From Candidatus Latescibacterota bacterium (GTDB taxonomy: Bacteria > Latescibacterota > UBA2968 > GCA-2709665), in the NCBI GenBank assembly GCA_965222075.1, contig OZ244937.1, forward strand, positions 4,576,001-4,640,000: 64,000 nt of DNA, in the 5' to 3' direction. A program made the translations under genes and the position numbers. Below the pieces are notes generated by a model. The model was given only the letters and a program-made list of their open reading frames with translations, ran no database searches and was not told where the DNA came from. Positions 9,724-18,201 of the stretch are shown here, piece after piece (the first letter of the stretch is position 1; each line of letters begins with the position of its first letter).

Positions 9724-10602
9724 TTATGAAATAATCCTGCGGGTAACCCGCAGGTCTTTTTCCCGATCTTTGAAGTTCCAGGCGTCTGTACCGTATTTCT
9801 CGCAGATCAGGCGTTCGGCTTCTGATGCTTCACCCGACGACAGAGGCGCTTCGATGAGGGGGACACCGAGCGTTTCCTGGAATCCGAGGCGGAGCGCACC
9901 GGCGACCTCTTCAAAAGAGATGGGGCAATTCAGGGCCTCCTGCAGGGAGATGGTGTGCCGGTCGAGTTCCCGGCGGAAGCGGGCCTGCAGGGCCTCCTGG
10001 TGTTCGGGAAGCAGGTCGACGATGCGTTTGTGCTCCGGGCCGATGAGGAGGGAGCCGTGCTGGAGCAGCATGTCGCCGAGACGCCGCTGGGCGCTGCCGA
10101 TCAGCTTTTTCCCCTGGAGGGTGACCTCGTATTGCGTGGTGCTCGAAAAACAGGGGGAGGTGAGGTGTTCGCTTCTGGGAGACGGGACGGGCTGCCGGCG
10201 GGGCTCCAGCGCAGCCTCGGCGCCCAGGCGCTGTATTCCCGCCACCAGGCAGGCGCTGATTTTTCGGTAGGCCTCCAGGATCGTGCCCCCCAGCAGGGGA
10301 TTGTTGCCGGGACAGACTACGCTGTAGGTCAGCTCGTTCCAGTGGAGGACGGCCCGTCCCCCACTGGGGCGGCGCACGATGTCGATCCCCTGCGCCCGGC
10401 ACCGGTCGAGGTCGACTTCGCGAGCGACCCGCTGGGCGTAGCCGAAGGAGACGGCAGGGGGCGTCCAACCAAACACCCGGACGGTCGGGAGGGCAACCCC
10501 CCCCTCAACGGCCCGAACCACGGCTTCGTCTACGGCCATATTAAAAAAGGCGTTTCCGAAGTGGGTGTTAAGGAAACGCCACTGATTCGGCTTCTGTTCC
10601 AT
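9724..10602 (-). CDS. Lipoate-protein ligase A / octanoyltransferase LipM family
   Basis: NMAVDEA, RRPSGGRAVLH, KKLIGSAQRR and LQHGSL motifs. Confidence 0.9.
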   Translation of the reverse strand: MEQKPNQWRFLNTHFGNAFFNMAVDEAVVRAVEGGVALPTVRVFGWTPPAVSFGYAQRVAREVDLDRCRAQGIDIVRRPSGGRAVLHWNELTYSVVCPGNNPLLGGTILEAYRKISACLVAGIQRLGAEAALEPRRQPVPSPRSEHLTSPCFSSTTQYEVTLQGKKLIGSAQRRLGDMLLQHGSLLIGPEHKRIVDLLPEHQEALQARFRRELDRHTISLQEALNCPISFEEVAGALRLGFQETLGVPLIEAPLSSGEASEAERLICEKYGTDAWNFKDREKDLRVTRRIIS

Positions 10603-10608
10603 TACCGT

Positions 10609-11361
10609 CTACGAGATCCCCAACTCTTTCAAGGCCTCTTTGGCCGCCATCTGCTGGGCCTCTTTCTTGCTACGTCCTCGCCCAAGCCCCATCCGATCTC
10701 CTCCGATGACCACCTCGACGGTGAAGACCTTGCGGTGGTCCGGCCCTTCCTCCGAATTCACCAGATACCGGGGGTGACCCTGTCCCTCGCTCTGGGTGTG
10801 TTCTAAAAGGAGGCTTTTAAAGTTCAGATATTCTCCATTGGAGATAATTTCTTTGGCATTGAAGAGGAGGGTGCGCTGTATAAACCTTTCCGCCGCCTTC
10901 AGCCCTCCGTCCATATAAATCGCCCCCAGCAAGGCTTCGAATGCATCTCCAATAATGGAGGTCCGGTCCCGGCCTCCGGCAAGGTCCTCTTCGTTGCTTA
11001 AGTAGAGGTAGTCTCCCAGCCCGAGGTCGCGGCCCTTCTGGGCCAATATCACTTTGCTGACCAGCAGCGATTTGATCTGGGTGAGGTCTCCTTCTCTCTT
11101 CTTCTGGAATCTCCGGTAGAGGTTTTCCGTCACGACCAGGTCGAGGACGGCGTCTCCCAGGAACTCCAGGCGCTCGTTGGATTCGATGCTTTCTTCATCG
11201 ATCGTGTAGACATAGGAACGGTGCTTGAGCGCCTGGGTCAGTAGCGCCGGGTCGGAAAAGATGTATCCCAACTTCTCGTGAAGTTCATCCAGCGGTTTTT
11301 CGTCTTCGCTTGCCGTGGTAAGCCAATGCCCGAGCTTATGGAGTGCTTTTCTTAACCGGAT
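10609..11361 (-). CDS. rnc: Ribonuclease III
   Basis: ALKHRSY, NERLEFLGDAVL, DAFEALLGAIY and C-terminal dsRBD. Frame is open upstream of the listed TTG (11271) to an ATC at 11361 preceded by AGGAGG; start uncertain. Confidence 0.95.
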   Translation of the reverse strand: MRLRKALHKLGHWLTTASEDEKPLDELHEKLGYIFSDPALLTQALKHRSYVYTIDEESIESNERLEFLGDAVLDLVVTENLYRRFQKKREGDLTQIKSLLVSKVILAQKGRDLGLGDYLYLSNEEDLAGGRDRTSIIGDAFEALLGAIYMDGGLKAAERFIQRTLLFNAKEIISNGEYLNFKSLLLEHTQSEGQGHPRYLVNSEEGPDHRKVFTVEVVIGGDRMGLGRGRSKKEAQQMAAKEALKELGIS

Positions 11362-11382
11362 GCCTGACTCCTCCTGTCATTT

Positions 11383-12636
11383 CTACGCCCGGTACTTGCG
11401 CATGACAAGGACGGCGTTGTGGCCCCCAAAACCGAAGGAGTTGTTCACGGCCACCTCAACGGGCATTTCCCGGGCCTTGTTGGGCACATAGTCGAGGTCG
11501 CATTCGGGATCGGGGGTTTCGTAATTGATGGTAGGGGGGACCCGGTCCTGGTAGATGGCCAGGATGCTGGCGATTGTCTCGATCGCACCCGAGGCTCCCA
11601 GCAGGTGGCCGGTCATCGACTTAGTGGAACTGACCGCCAGTTTTGCCGCATGCTTTCCAAATACGGTTTTGATGGCTGCGGTTTCGCTTTTGTCGCCAAT
11701 TGGGGTTGAGGTGCCGTGGGCGTTGATGTAGTCGACATCTTCGGGCTGGAGGCCGGCCTGTTTCAAGGCCCTGTGCGTGGCCCGCGCCCCCCCCTCGCCG
11801 CGGGGGGCCATGTCGGCCATGTGATAGGCGTCTCCCGTGTATCCTGCGCCGCCGATTTCCGCATAGATGCGAGCGCCCCGACCCCGTGCGTGTTCCAGTT
11901 CTTCCAGGACCAGCCCCCCCGCGCCCTCACCAAGCACGAAGCCGTCCCGCTGGGCATCGAACGGCCTGCTGGCGCGTTGGGGCTCGTCGTTTTGGGTGGA
12001 GAGCGCCTTCATGGACGCGAAGCCTCCCAGGGACATCGGGCTGACGGCCGCCTCGGCACCGCCAGCGATCATGATGTCGGCCTCATCGTCCCGAATTTCC
12101 CGAAAGGCGTTTCCGATGGCGTGGGCAGCCGAGGAACACGCAGATACGGTCGTGTAGTTGGGGCCTTTTGCGCCCAGTTGGATGGAGACCTGCCCCGAGG
12201 TCATATCGGCGATCATCATTGGAATGAAAAAGGGACTGATCCGGCGCGGCCCTTTCTGCATCAGGGCGGTATGCTGGTCCTCAAAAGTCCAGATCCCCCC
12301 GATGCCCGAGCCGTAGATCACCCCGACCCGATCCGGGTCTTCGGCGGAGAGATCCAGTTTGGCGTCTTCTACGGCCATTTTGGCCGTCACAACGGCGTAC
12401 TGGGTACAGAGGTCGCTTCGACGCGCTTCCCTACGGTCCATGCCGAACCGCTCCGGGTCGAAGCCCTTCAACTCCCCGCCGATTTGGACCCGAAAATCAG
12501 TTGTGTCGAAGCCCTTGATATAGTCGATGCCGCTCTCTCCATTGAGGAGCGCATTCCAATAGGTTTCTGTGGACAGGCCGTTGGGGGCCAGTATCCCCAG
12601 ACCTGTGACTACCACCCGTCGTTTTGCATTGTCCAC
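11383..12636 (-). CDS. fabF: Beta-ketoacyl-ACP synthase II
   Basis: RRVVVTGLG, SACSS (catalytic Cys), NAHGTST, KSMTGHLLGA, NSFGFGGHN. Confidence 0.97.
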   Translation of the reverse strand: MDNAKRRVVVTGLGILAPNGLSTETYWNALLNGESGIDYIKGFDTTDFRVQIGGELKGFDPERFGMDRREARRSDLCTQYAVVTAKMAVEDAKLDLSAEDPDRVGVIYGSGIGGIWTFEDQHTALMQKGPRRISPFFIPMMIADMTSGQVSIQLGAKGPNYTTVSACSSAAHAIGNAFREIRDDEADIMIAGGAEAAVSPMSLGGFASMKALSTQNDEPQRASRPFDAQRDGFVLGEGAGGLVLEELEHARGRGARIYAEIGGAGYTGDAYHMADMAPRGEGGARATHRALKQAGLQPEDVDYINAHGTSTPIGDKSETAAIKTVFGKHAAKLAVSSTKSMTGHLLGASGAIETIASILAIYQDRVPPTINYETPDPECDLDYVPNKAREMPVEVAVNNSFGFGGHNAVLVMRKYRA

Positions 12637-12670
12637 CGGAGATGCCCTCTTATTGGGGGCTCCAGTCCCC

Positions 12671-12913
12671 CTATTCGCCCAGCCGTTTCTTCAAGTAGCC
12701 GATGGCGTCATTGACGGTTTCGAGCTTCTCGGCGTCTTCGTCGGGAATCTCGATGTCGAATTCCTCTTCAAACGCCATCACCAGTTCAACGGTGTCTAAG
12801 GAATCGGCGCCCAGATCGTCGATAAAGTAGGCATCCGGGGTTACGCTATCTGCATCTACACCGAGCTGATCCACAATCAGATCGCTCACTTTCTGCTGAA
12901 TATTCTCGGCCAT
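12671..12913 (-). CDS. acpP: Acyl carrier protein
   Basis: [20 protein letters not shown]. Confidence 0.98.
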   Translation of the reverse strand: MAENIQQKVSDLIVDQLGVDADSVTPDAYFIDDLGADSLDTVELVMAFEEEFDIEIPDEDAEKLETVNDAIGYLKKRLGE

Positions 12914-13004
12914 TTTTTCCTCCTTTAACTGCGGTCAAACGGCAAACGACACACGGCCCTTCTCCACCCCACGCACCACACCCGGCAAACATCAAACGGG
13001 GAAC

Positions 13005-13072
13005 CGACCCATCCACCCTACCCTGAAACCCTGGCTCTGGCTTCGGAGAGGTGATGTGGGGAGACGTTTCAC
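13005..13072 (-). repeat. Dispersed 68-nt non-coding element, copy 2
   Basis: Reverse complement matches 3495-3562 at 59/68 positions. Confidence 0.85.
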
Positions 13073-13083
13073 CTTTCACCTGG

Positions 13084-13830
13084 TTACATGACCATGCCAC
13101 CGTCCACCACCAGGACCTGCCCGGTGATATAGGCCGCATCGTCCGATACCAGAAACGCTACTGCCGCTGCGATGTCCTCCGGCTTGCCCGGAATACCCAG
13201 CGGAATCTGTTCGAGGAGTTTGTCTTTGACGTCTTGAGAAAGGTCCTGGGTCATTTCCGTGGGGATGAATCCGGGGGCAACCACATTGGCCGTGATCCCA
13301 CGGCCCGCCAGCTCCCGGGCAACGGTTTTGGTGAGTCCGATGAGTCCGGACTTCGATGCCGTATAGTTGACCTGGCCGGGGTTGCCCATCAGGCCGGTTA
13401 TCGACGAGATGTTGACGATGCGCCCGGTGCGTGCACGCATCATAGCACGCGTGGCTGCTTTGACGCAGAGAAACGCGCCCTTGAGGTTGATATCCAAGAC
13501 CGCGTCCCAGTCTTCCTCTTTCATCCGCATCAACAGGCCATCGCGGACGATCCCTGCGTTGTTGACCAGGATGTCGATCTTTCCCCAGGCGTCCAGGACC
13601 GTTTTGAAGAGGGCCTCCACATCGGTGGGGGTCGAGACATCGGCCTTAAGCCCGAGCGCGCGGCACCCCATCCTCTCGATCTGCTCGGCCACCGACCTGG
13701 CGGCGTCCAGGCTGCGACTGGCACATACGGCCACATCGGCCCCCTCGGCGGCCAGACGGAGCGCAATGGCCTTGCCGATGCCCCGAGAACCACCGGTGAC
13801 AACGGCTGTTCTGTCTTTTAATACGCCCAT
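13084..13830 (-). CDS. fabG: 3-oxoacyl-ACP reductase
   Basis: TGGSRGIG, NNAG, YTASK, GQVLVVDGGM; fab operon context. Confidence 0.97.
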   Translation of the reverse strand: MGVLKDRTAVVTGGSRGIGKAIALRLAAEGADVAVCASRSLDAARSVAEQIERMGCRALGLKADVSTPTDVEALFKTVLDAWGKIDILVNNAGIVRDGLLMRMKEEDWDAVLDINLKGAFLCVKAATRAMMRARTGRIVNISSITGLMGNPGQVNYTASKSGLIGLTKTVARELAGRGITANVVAPGFIPTEMTQDLSQDVKDKLLEQIPLGIPGKPEDIAAAVAFLVSDDAAYITGQVLVVDGGMVM

Positions 13831-14813
13831 TTCAGGAGAACGCTGCCCCAGGTATATCCGCCTCCTACGCTCGCCAGGAGAATGTTATCTCTCGGTTTGA
13901 TCCGCCCCTGCTCAACGGCCTCGGAGAGCCCGATGGGGATGGTGCCGGAAGTGGTGTTGGCGTATCGGTCAATGTTGATCAGCACCCTGTCTGCGGGCAA
14001 TTTGAGCCGGTTGACACTGGCGTCGATAATCCGCTTGTTGGCCTGATGGGGCACAAAGAGGGCGATGTCTTCTCCCGTAAGCCCGTTGCGTTCCAGGAGC
14101 TTGACGGATACACCTACCAGGCTGGGGACGGCAAACTTGAAGACCTCCCGCCCCTCCTGATAGATATAGTGCATCTTTTTGTCGACGGTTTCGTGGCTGG
14201 CAGGATGGAGACTTCCCCCCCCGGGTTGGCAGAGATGTTTGCCGCCTGAGCCGTCGATGTGGAAGATAAAATCCTGGATGCCCGATCCATCTTCGGCCGG
14301 TTCCAGGAGCACCGCGCCCGCTCCATCTCCAAACAGGACGCAGGTTTCCCGGTCGGTATAGTCGACGACGGCACTCATCTTATCCGCGCCGATGACGACA
14401 ACCCTTTTATGGGCTCCTGTCTCTACAAATTGACTGCCGACCACGAGGGCGTAGAGAAACCCGGAGCAGGCTGCTGAGAGGTCGAATCCCCAGGCATTTT
14501 TGGCACCCACACTGTCCTGTACCAGGCACGCCGTGGCCGGATACATCATATCGGGCGTTATGGTGGCCACAATAATCAGGTCGATGTCTTTGGCATTTAG
14601 CCCCTTCTGTTCAAGCAGGCTTTCCAGGGCCTGGGCGGCCATATAGGAGGTCCCCAGGCCCTTACCGAGGATGCGCCGTTCTCGGATGCCGGTTCGGGTC
14701 TGGATCCATTCGTCTGAGGTATCGACCATTTTTTCCAGGTCTGCATTGGTCAGCCGTTGCTTGGGAAGATAGCGGGATACTCCGGTAATTGAGACAGAAA
14801 AGGTTTTTTTCAT
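13818..14813 (-). CDS. fabH: Beta-ketoacyl-ACP synthase III
   Basis: DTSDEWIQTRTGI, AACSGF, PHQAN, ANT. Confidence 0.96.
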   Translation of the reverse strand: MKKTFSVSITGVSRYLPKQRLTNADLEKMVDTSDEWIQTRTGIRERRILGKGLGTSYMAAQALESLLEQKGLNAKDIDLIIVATITPDMMYPATACLVQDSVGAKNAWGFDLSAACSGFLYALVVGSQFVETGAHKRVVVIGADKMSAVVDYTDRETCVLFGDGAGAVLLEPAEDGSGIQDFIFHIDGSGGKHLCQPGGGSLHPASHETVDKKMHYIYQEGREVFKFAVPSLVGVSVKLLERNGLTGEDIALFVPHQANKRIIDASVNRLKLPADRVLINIDRYANTTSGTIPIGLSEAVEQGRIKPRDNILLASVGGGYTWGSVLLKWAY

Positions 14814-15027
14814 ACATTACCTGGCGTTTGAAAGGCGCTCTGGGACGCCCACCCTGGTTTTGGGCACAAGCCCGTGTTGGAGCAGGCAGAATCGATGTTC
14901 CACAGATAGGCTCGTGGTCATTCTCGCAAGTTCATGTGAAGCTTTCCTGCCTAATTGTCCTTAAGTTGGAAAAAAGTATGTAAACTATAGACTGTGAAAG
15001 CTTCACACATATTTCTGAGAACGACCA

Positions 15028-15210
15028 CTAAACGGCTTCGCCTTCCATGGCCTCCCGGCTGTTGTAATGGCCGCAGTTGATACAGACCCGATGCGGCCGA
15101 CGCGGCTGCCCGCAGTTGGGGCACTCGGCAAAAGCAGGCATCGAGAGTTTCCAGTGCGTTCGCCGTTTACCGGTCCTGGAATGGGAGCTTCTTCGTTTCG
15201 GGTTTGCCAT
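15028..15210 (-). CDS. rpmF: 50S ribosomal protein L32
   Basis: MANPKRR, CPNCG...PHRVCINCGHY; downstream of yceD. Confidence 0.96.
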   Translation of the reverse strand: MANPKRRSSHSRTGKRRTHWKLSMPAFAECPNCGQPRRPHRVCINCGHYNSREAMEGEAV

Positions 15211-15230
15211 GTTGTTCTCCGAATAGATGT

Positions 15231-15275
15231 AGCATGGCGCATAGCGTGAAAAACAAAAACCCTATGCGCTATGCT
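15231..15275. repeat. Short inverted repeat between yceD and rpmF
   Basis: agcatggcgcatag ... ctatgcgctatgct form a 14-bp stem with one G-U pair on the plus strand. Confidence 0.55.
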
Positions 15276-15291
15276 CTGTGCGTTTGACGTT

Positions 15292-15798
15292 TCACGCTTT
15301 CAACGCCCGCAGCGCTTCCCACCGCGGGTCGATGGTTTCGGCTTTACACGTGCACTGTTTGAGGTTCAGGTTTTCTCCGCAGGAAGGACAGAGCCCCGCG
15401 CACGATTCTTTACAAACGGGGCCGATCGGGACCTCGAGGAGAATATAGTCTTTGACCTCTTTTCCCAGATCGATTTTCCCACGTTCGTCATCCAGCCAGA
15501 TGAGCGTCTCGTCCTCATCGCCTCTTAGGGAGGAGGGGCGCCCCTTCTGGAAAATAAATTGGAAGTGAGACGTCAGGCGCAGGTCGAACGGTTCCAGGCA
15601 GCGGACACAGTCTAAGCGGAGGCGGAAGTTTGTATCTCCACTGGTCGAGAGCGAATCGCCCAGCTTAAAGACCGTCATCCGGGTCCTGATGGGGTGTACG
15701 AACCGCAGGTCCGGATCACCGATATGCAGGTCTTCGGGAGCCTCGGCCCATTCGTATTCGTTGGCCCCTTCTTGCAGTTCACGCAGATCGATTTCCAC
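15292..15798 (-). CDS. yceD: DUF177/YceD metal-binding protein
   Basis: CVRCL, CKESCAGLCPSCG, DPRWEAL; upstream of rpmF. Confidence 0.92.
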   Translation of the reverse strand: MEIDLRELQEGANEYEWAEAPEDLHIGDPDLRFVHPIRTRMTVFKLGDSLSTSGDTNFRLRLDCVRCLEPFDLRLTSHFQFIFQKGRPSSLRGDEDETLIWLDDERGKIDLGKEVKDYILLEVPIGPVCKESCAGLCPSCGENLNLKQCTCKAETIDPRWEALRALKA

Positions 15799-15812
15799 TG
15801 TATTCGCACTCC

Positions 15813-16220
15813 TTAGAATTCGCCGAAGAAAAAGGCGGTTTCCACTGCTCCATTCTCGGGCGAGTCGGAGGCGTGTACCGCATTTTCCTGCACGTTGCTC
15901 CCAAACGCCTTTCGGATGGTCTCCTCCGCAGCTTCAGCCGGATTGGTGGCGCCTACGACTTCCCGGAGAAAGCGGACGGCGTCTTCCCGTTCGAGTACCA
16001 TAGGCACCGCCGGGCCGGATGTCATAAAATCGAGCAGATCGTTGTAAAAAGGCCGTTCCCGGTGGACCGCATAAAACGCTGCGGCCTGCGCCCGGGTGAG
16101 CCTCATCATCTGCATCTCGACGACTTTAAACCCTTTGTTTTCAACCTGTTTGATAATTTCACCGATAACGTTTCGAGAAACGGCATCCGGTTTGATAATC
16201 ATTAACGTACGTTCTGCCAT
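15813..16220 (-). CDS. ndk: Nucleoside diphosphate kinase
   Basis: ERTLMIIKPDAV, GATNP, NAVHASDS. Confidence 0.97.
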   Translation of the reverse strand: MAERTLMIIKPDAVSRNVIGEIIKQVENKGFKVVEMQMMRLTRAQAAAFYAVHRERPFYNDLLDFMTSGPAVPMVLEREDAVRFLREVVGATNPAEAAEETIRKAFGSNVQENAVHASDSPENGAVETAFFFGEF

Positions 16221-16290
16221 TTATCCGACCCGGGAAGCAAAAAGATGCAAATGATCAACAGGATGTTGGGCTGTCAGCCTGAAGATGAAA

Positions 16291-16319
16291 AAAATAGAAT
16301 TTCTCAGGGAATTTGTCAA
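16291..16319 (-). promoter_or_regulatory. Putative sigma70 promoter of the ndk-fab operon
   Basis: Minus strand TTGACA (16319-16314), 17 nt, TATTTT (16296-16291). Confidence 0.55.
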
Positions 16320-16370
16320 TACCATTTTTCGACGTCCGTCGCCCCGGGGGAGCCCGTTTTAAGAAAACGG

Positions 16371-16399
16371 TTGACAGGAAGGCGGCCTCACCGTTTAAT
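16371..16399 (+). promoter_or_regulatory. Putative sigma70 promoter of the ether-lipid operon
   Basis: TTGACA (16371-16376), 17 nt, TTTAAT (16394-16399). Confidence 0.55.
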
Positions 16400-16520
16400 T
16401 ATATAGGCTTCGGCTTTGAAAATGTCAACAAAATTATGGAAAAGCAGGCAACGGTCAGCAAAAGTCAAAAAGCCGACGGCCGGCTGTCTGATTAAACTTC
16501 TCTTTCTTTTTCAGGTTCCA

Positions 16521-18119
16521 ATGAATTCCATTTCTCACTTCTTAGACGGCAAGGTCCTGCTTGTCACAGGATCGACCGGATTTGTAGCGAAGGGACTGGT
16601 GGAGAAGCTTCTGCGGTGTGTCCCTGATATACAACGGATTTATCTGCTGGTTCGACCCAGACGTCAGTCGAGCGGGACACCCGTTTCGGCGGAGCAGCGG
16701 TTGGCACGGGAGGTGTTCCCCAGCCGTGCTTTTGAGAAGCTGCGGAAACAGCGGGGACCGGCGTTCGACAGCGTCATCCGGCAGAAGGTTGTGGCTGTGG
16801 CCTATGATCTGGCAGTGGATCGGCTGGGCATCGATCCGGAGGTCTATGCGCGGCTTACCCAAGAGGTAGACATTGTGATCAGCGTTGCGGGCACTGTGGT
16901 TTTTGACGAGCGCCTCGACCTCGCCCTGGAAGTGAATACCCTCGGCCCCCAACGGCTGCTTGAGTTTGCAAAGGCCTGCCCAGATGCCATTTTCCTCCAC
17001 GTGTCGACCGCGTACGTCAACGGGCAGCTGACAGGGCGGATTCCCGAAGTGGTGCTCCCGCCGGATCGTACCATTGCAGAACTGATGGGTAATGGTCGGG
17101 CGTGTGTGTACGATCTGGATGCTGAGATTGCGTCAATCCGGCAGCTCACCCGGCAGGTGGAGGAGACGTCACAGCGCTCGGAGCTCCAGGACCGGTTCCA
17201 CCGAATGCTGGAGAAGCAGGACAGGGGCAAACGGGTTACGGCGTATAGGCGGACGCACCAGCTTGAGGCCCTGCGTATCCGGTGGATTAAGAAGCGGCTG
17301 GTGGAGGAGGGTATGGTCAGGGCGCGGCAGCTGGGCTGGCACGACTGTTACACCCTGACGAAGGCTATGGGCGAACAGGTGATCGTCAAGACCCGGGGGG
17401 ATTTGCCCACGGCCATTGTCCGGCCTTCGATTATCGAAAGCAGCCTGCTGGATCCCGAACCGGGGTGGCTGGAGGATTTGAAGGTGGCCGATCCGCTGAT
17501 CTCCTACTACAGCAAGGGGCGGCTGTCCGATTTTCCCGCGAATCCCGATGTTGTGGTCGATGTGATTCCCGTGGACTTTGTGGTCAATGCGATTATTGCG
17601 GCTCTTCCGAGGGTGCGGGAGGAGAAGGAGATCAAAGTTTACCAGGTGGCCACCGGGTCTGAGAACCCGATGCGACTGGGGGAGATGTTTGAGCTGGTTT
17701 ACGACTATTTTAAGCGGAACCCCATGCAGGATAAAGCCGGACGGCCCATTGAAGTGCACCAGTGGAATTTCCCCAGCCGGGAGACGTTTCGACGCAACTG
17801 CCGCTTAAAATACAAACTTCCCCTTCATACGCTGGGCTGGTTGATGGACCACATCCCACTGTCTTCGCGGTGGAGGCGAAAGGTCTCGATGCTGGAAGCG
17901 ACATTTGACCGGATATTCGCCCTGAGCGAGATTTACAGTTCCTATACCCACCTGAATTGCGAGTTCGAGACGGAGAATACCCGCCGGCTTTATGAAGAAC
18001 TAAATCCTGAAGACCAGGAGATCTTTAACTTCGACGTGACCCGAATCGAATGGCAGGACTACATCCAGAACATCCACATCCCGGGGTTACAGCGCCACGT
18101 GTTGAAAACCCACACTTGA
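16521..18119 (+). CDS. Fatty acyl-CoA/ACP reductase (FAR, alcohol-forming; NAD_binding_4 plus Sterile domain)
   Basis: TGSTGFVAK..VEKLLR, HVSTAYVNG, GWHDCYTLTKAMGEQ (YxxxK), IVRPSII..PEPGW, DVIPVDFVVNA, FNFDVTRIEWQDY..HIPGL. ATG at 16521. Confidence 0.92.
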   Translation: MNSISHFLDGKVLLVTGSTGFVAKGLVEKLLRCVPDIQRIYLLVRPRRQSSGTPVSAEQRLAREVFPSRAFEKLRKQRGPAFDSVIRQKVVAVAYDLAVDRLGIDPEVYARLTQEVDIVISVAGTVVFDERLDLALEVNTLGPQRLLEFAKACPDAIFLHVSTAYVNGQLTGRIPEVVLPPDRTIAELMGNGRACVYDLDAEIASIRQLTRQVEETSQRSELQDRFHRMLEKQDRGKRVTAYRRTHQLEALRIRWIKKRLVEEGMVRARQLGWHDCYTLTKAMGEQVIVKTRGDLPTAIVRPSIIESSLLDPEPGWLEDLKVADPLISYYSKGRLSDFPANPDVVVDVIPVDFVVNAIIAALPRVREEKEIKVYQVATGSENPMRLGEMFELVYDYFKRNPMQDKAGRPIEVHQWNFPSRETFRRNCRLKYKLPLHTLGWLMDHIPLSSRWRRKVSMLEATFDRIFALSEIYSSYTHLNCEFETENTRRLYEELNPEDQEIFNFDVTRIEWQDYIQNIHIPGLQRHVLKTHT

Positions 18120-18201
18120 AACTGAGATTTGAGCGCTTGCAGGATCCCATGGGGCTGAAGCGTGGGAGATGTGGGTTTTTTTGTTTTTCAGGAACGTTTT
18201 G

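Noticed and set aside
14814-15027. Possible plsX remnant between rpmF and fabH
   Set aside because: No PlsX-like motif (DAMGGD etc.) in any frame that I could read.
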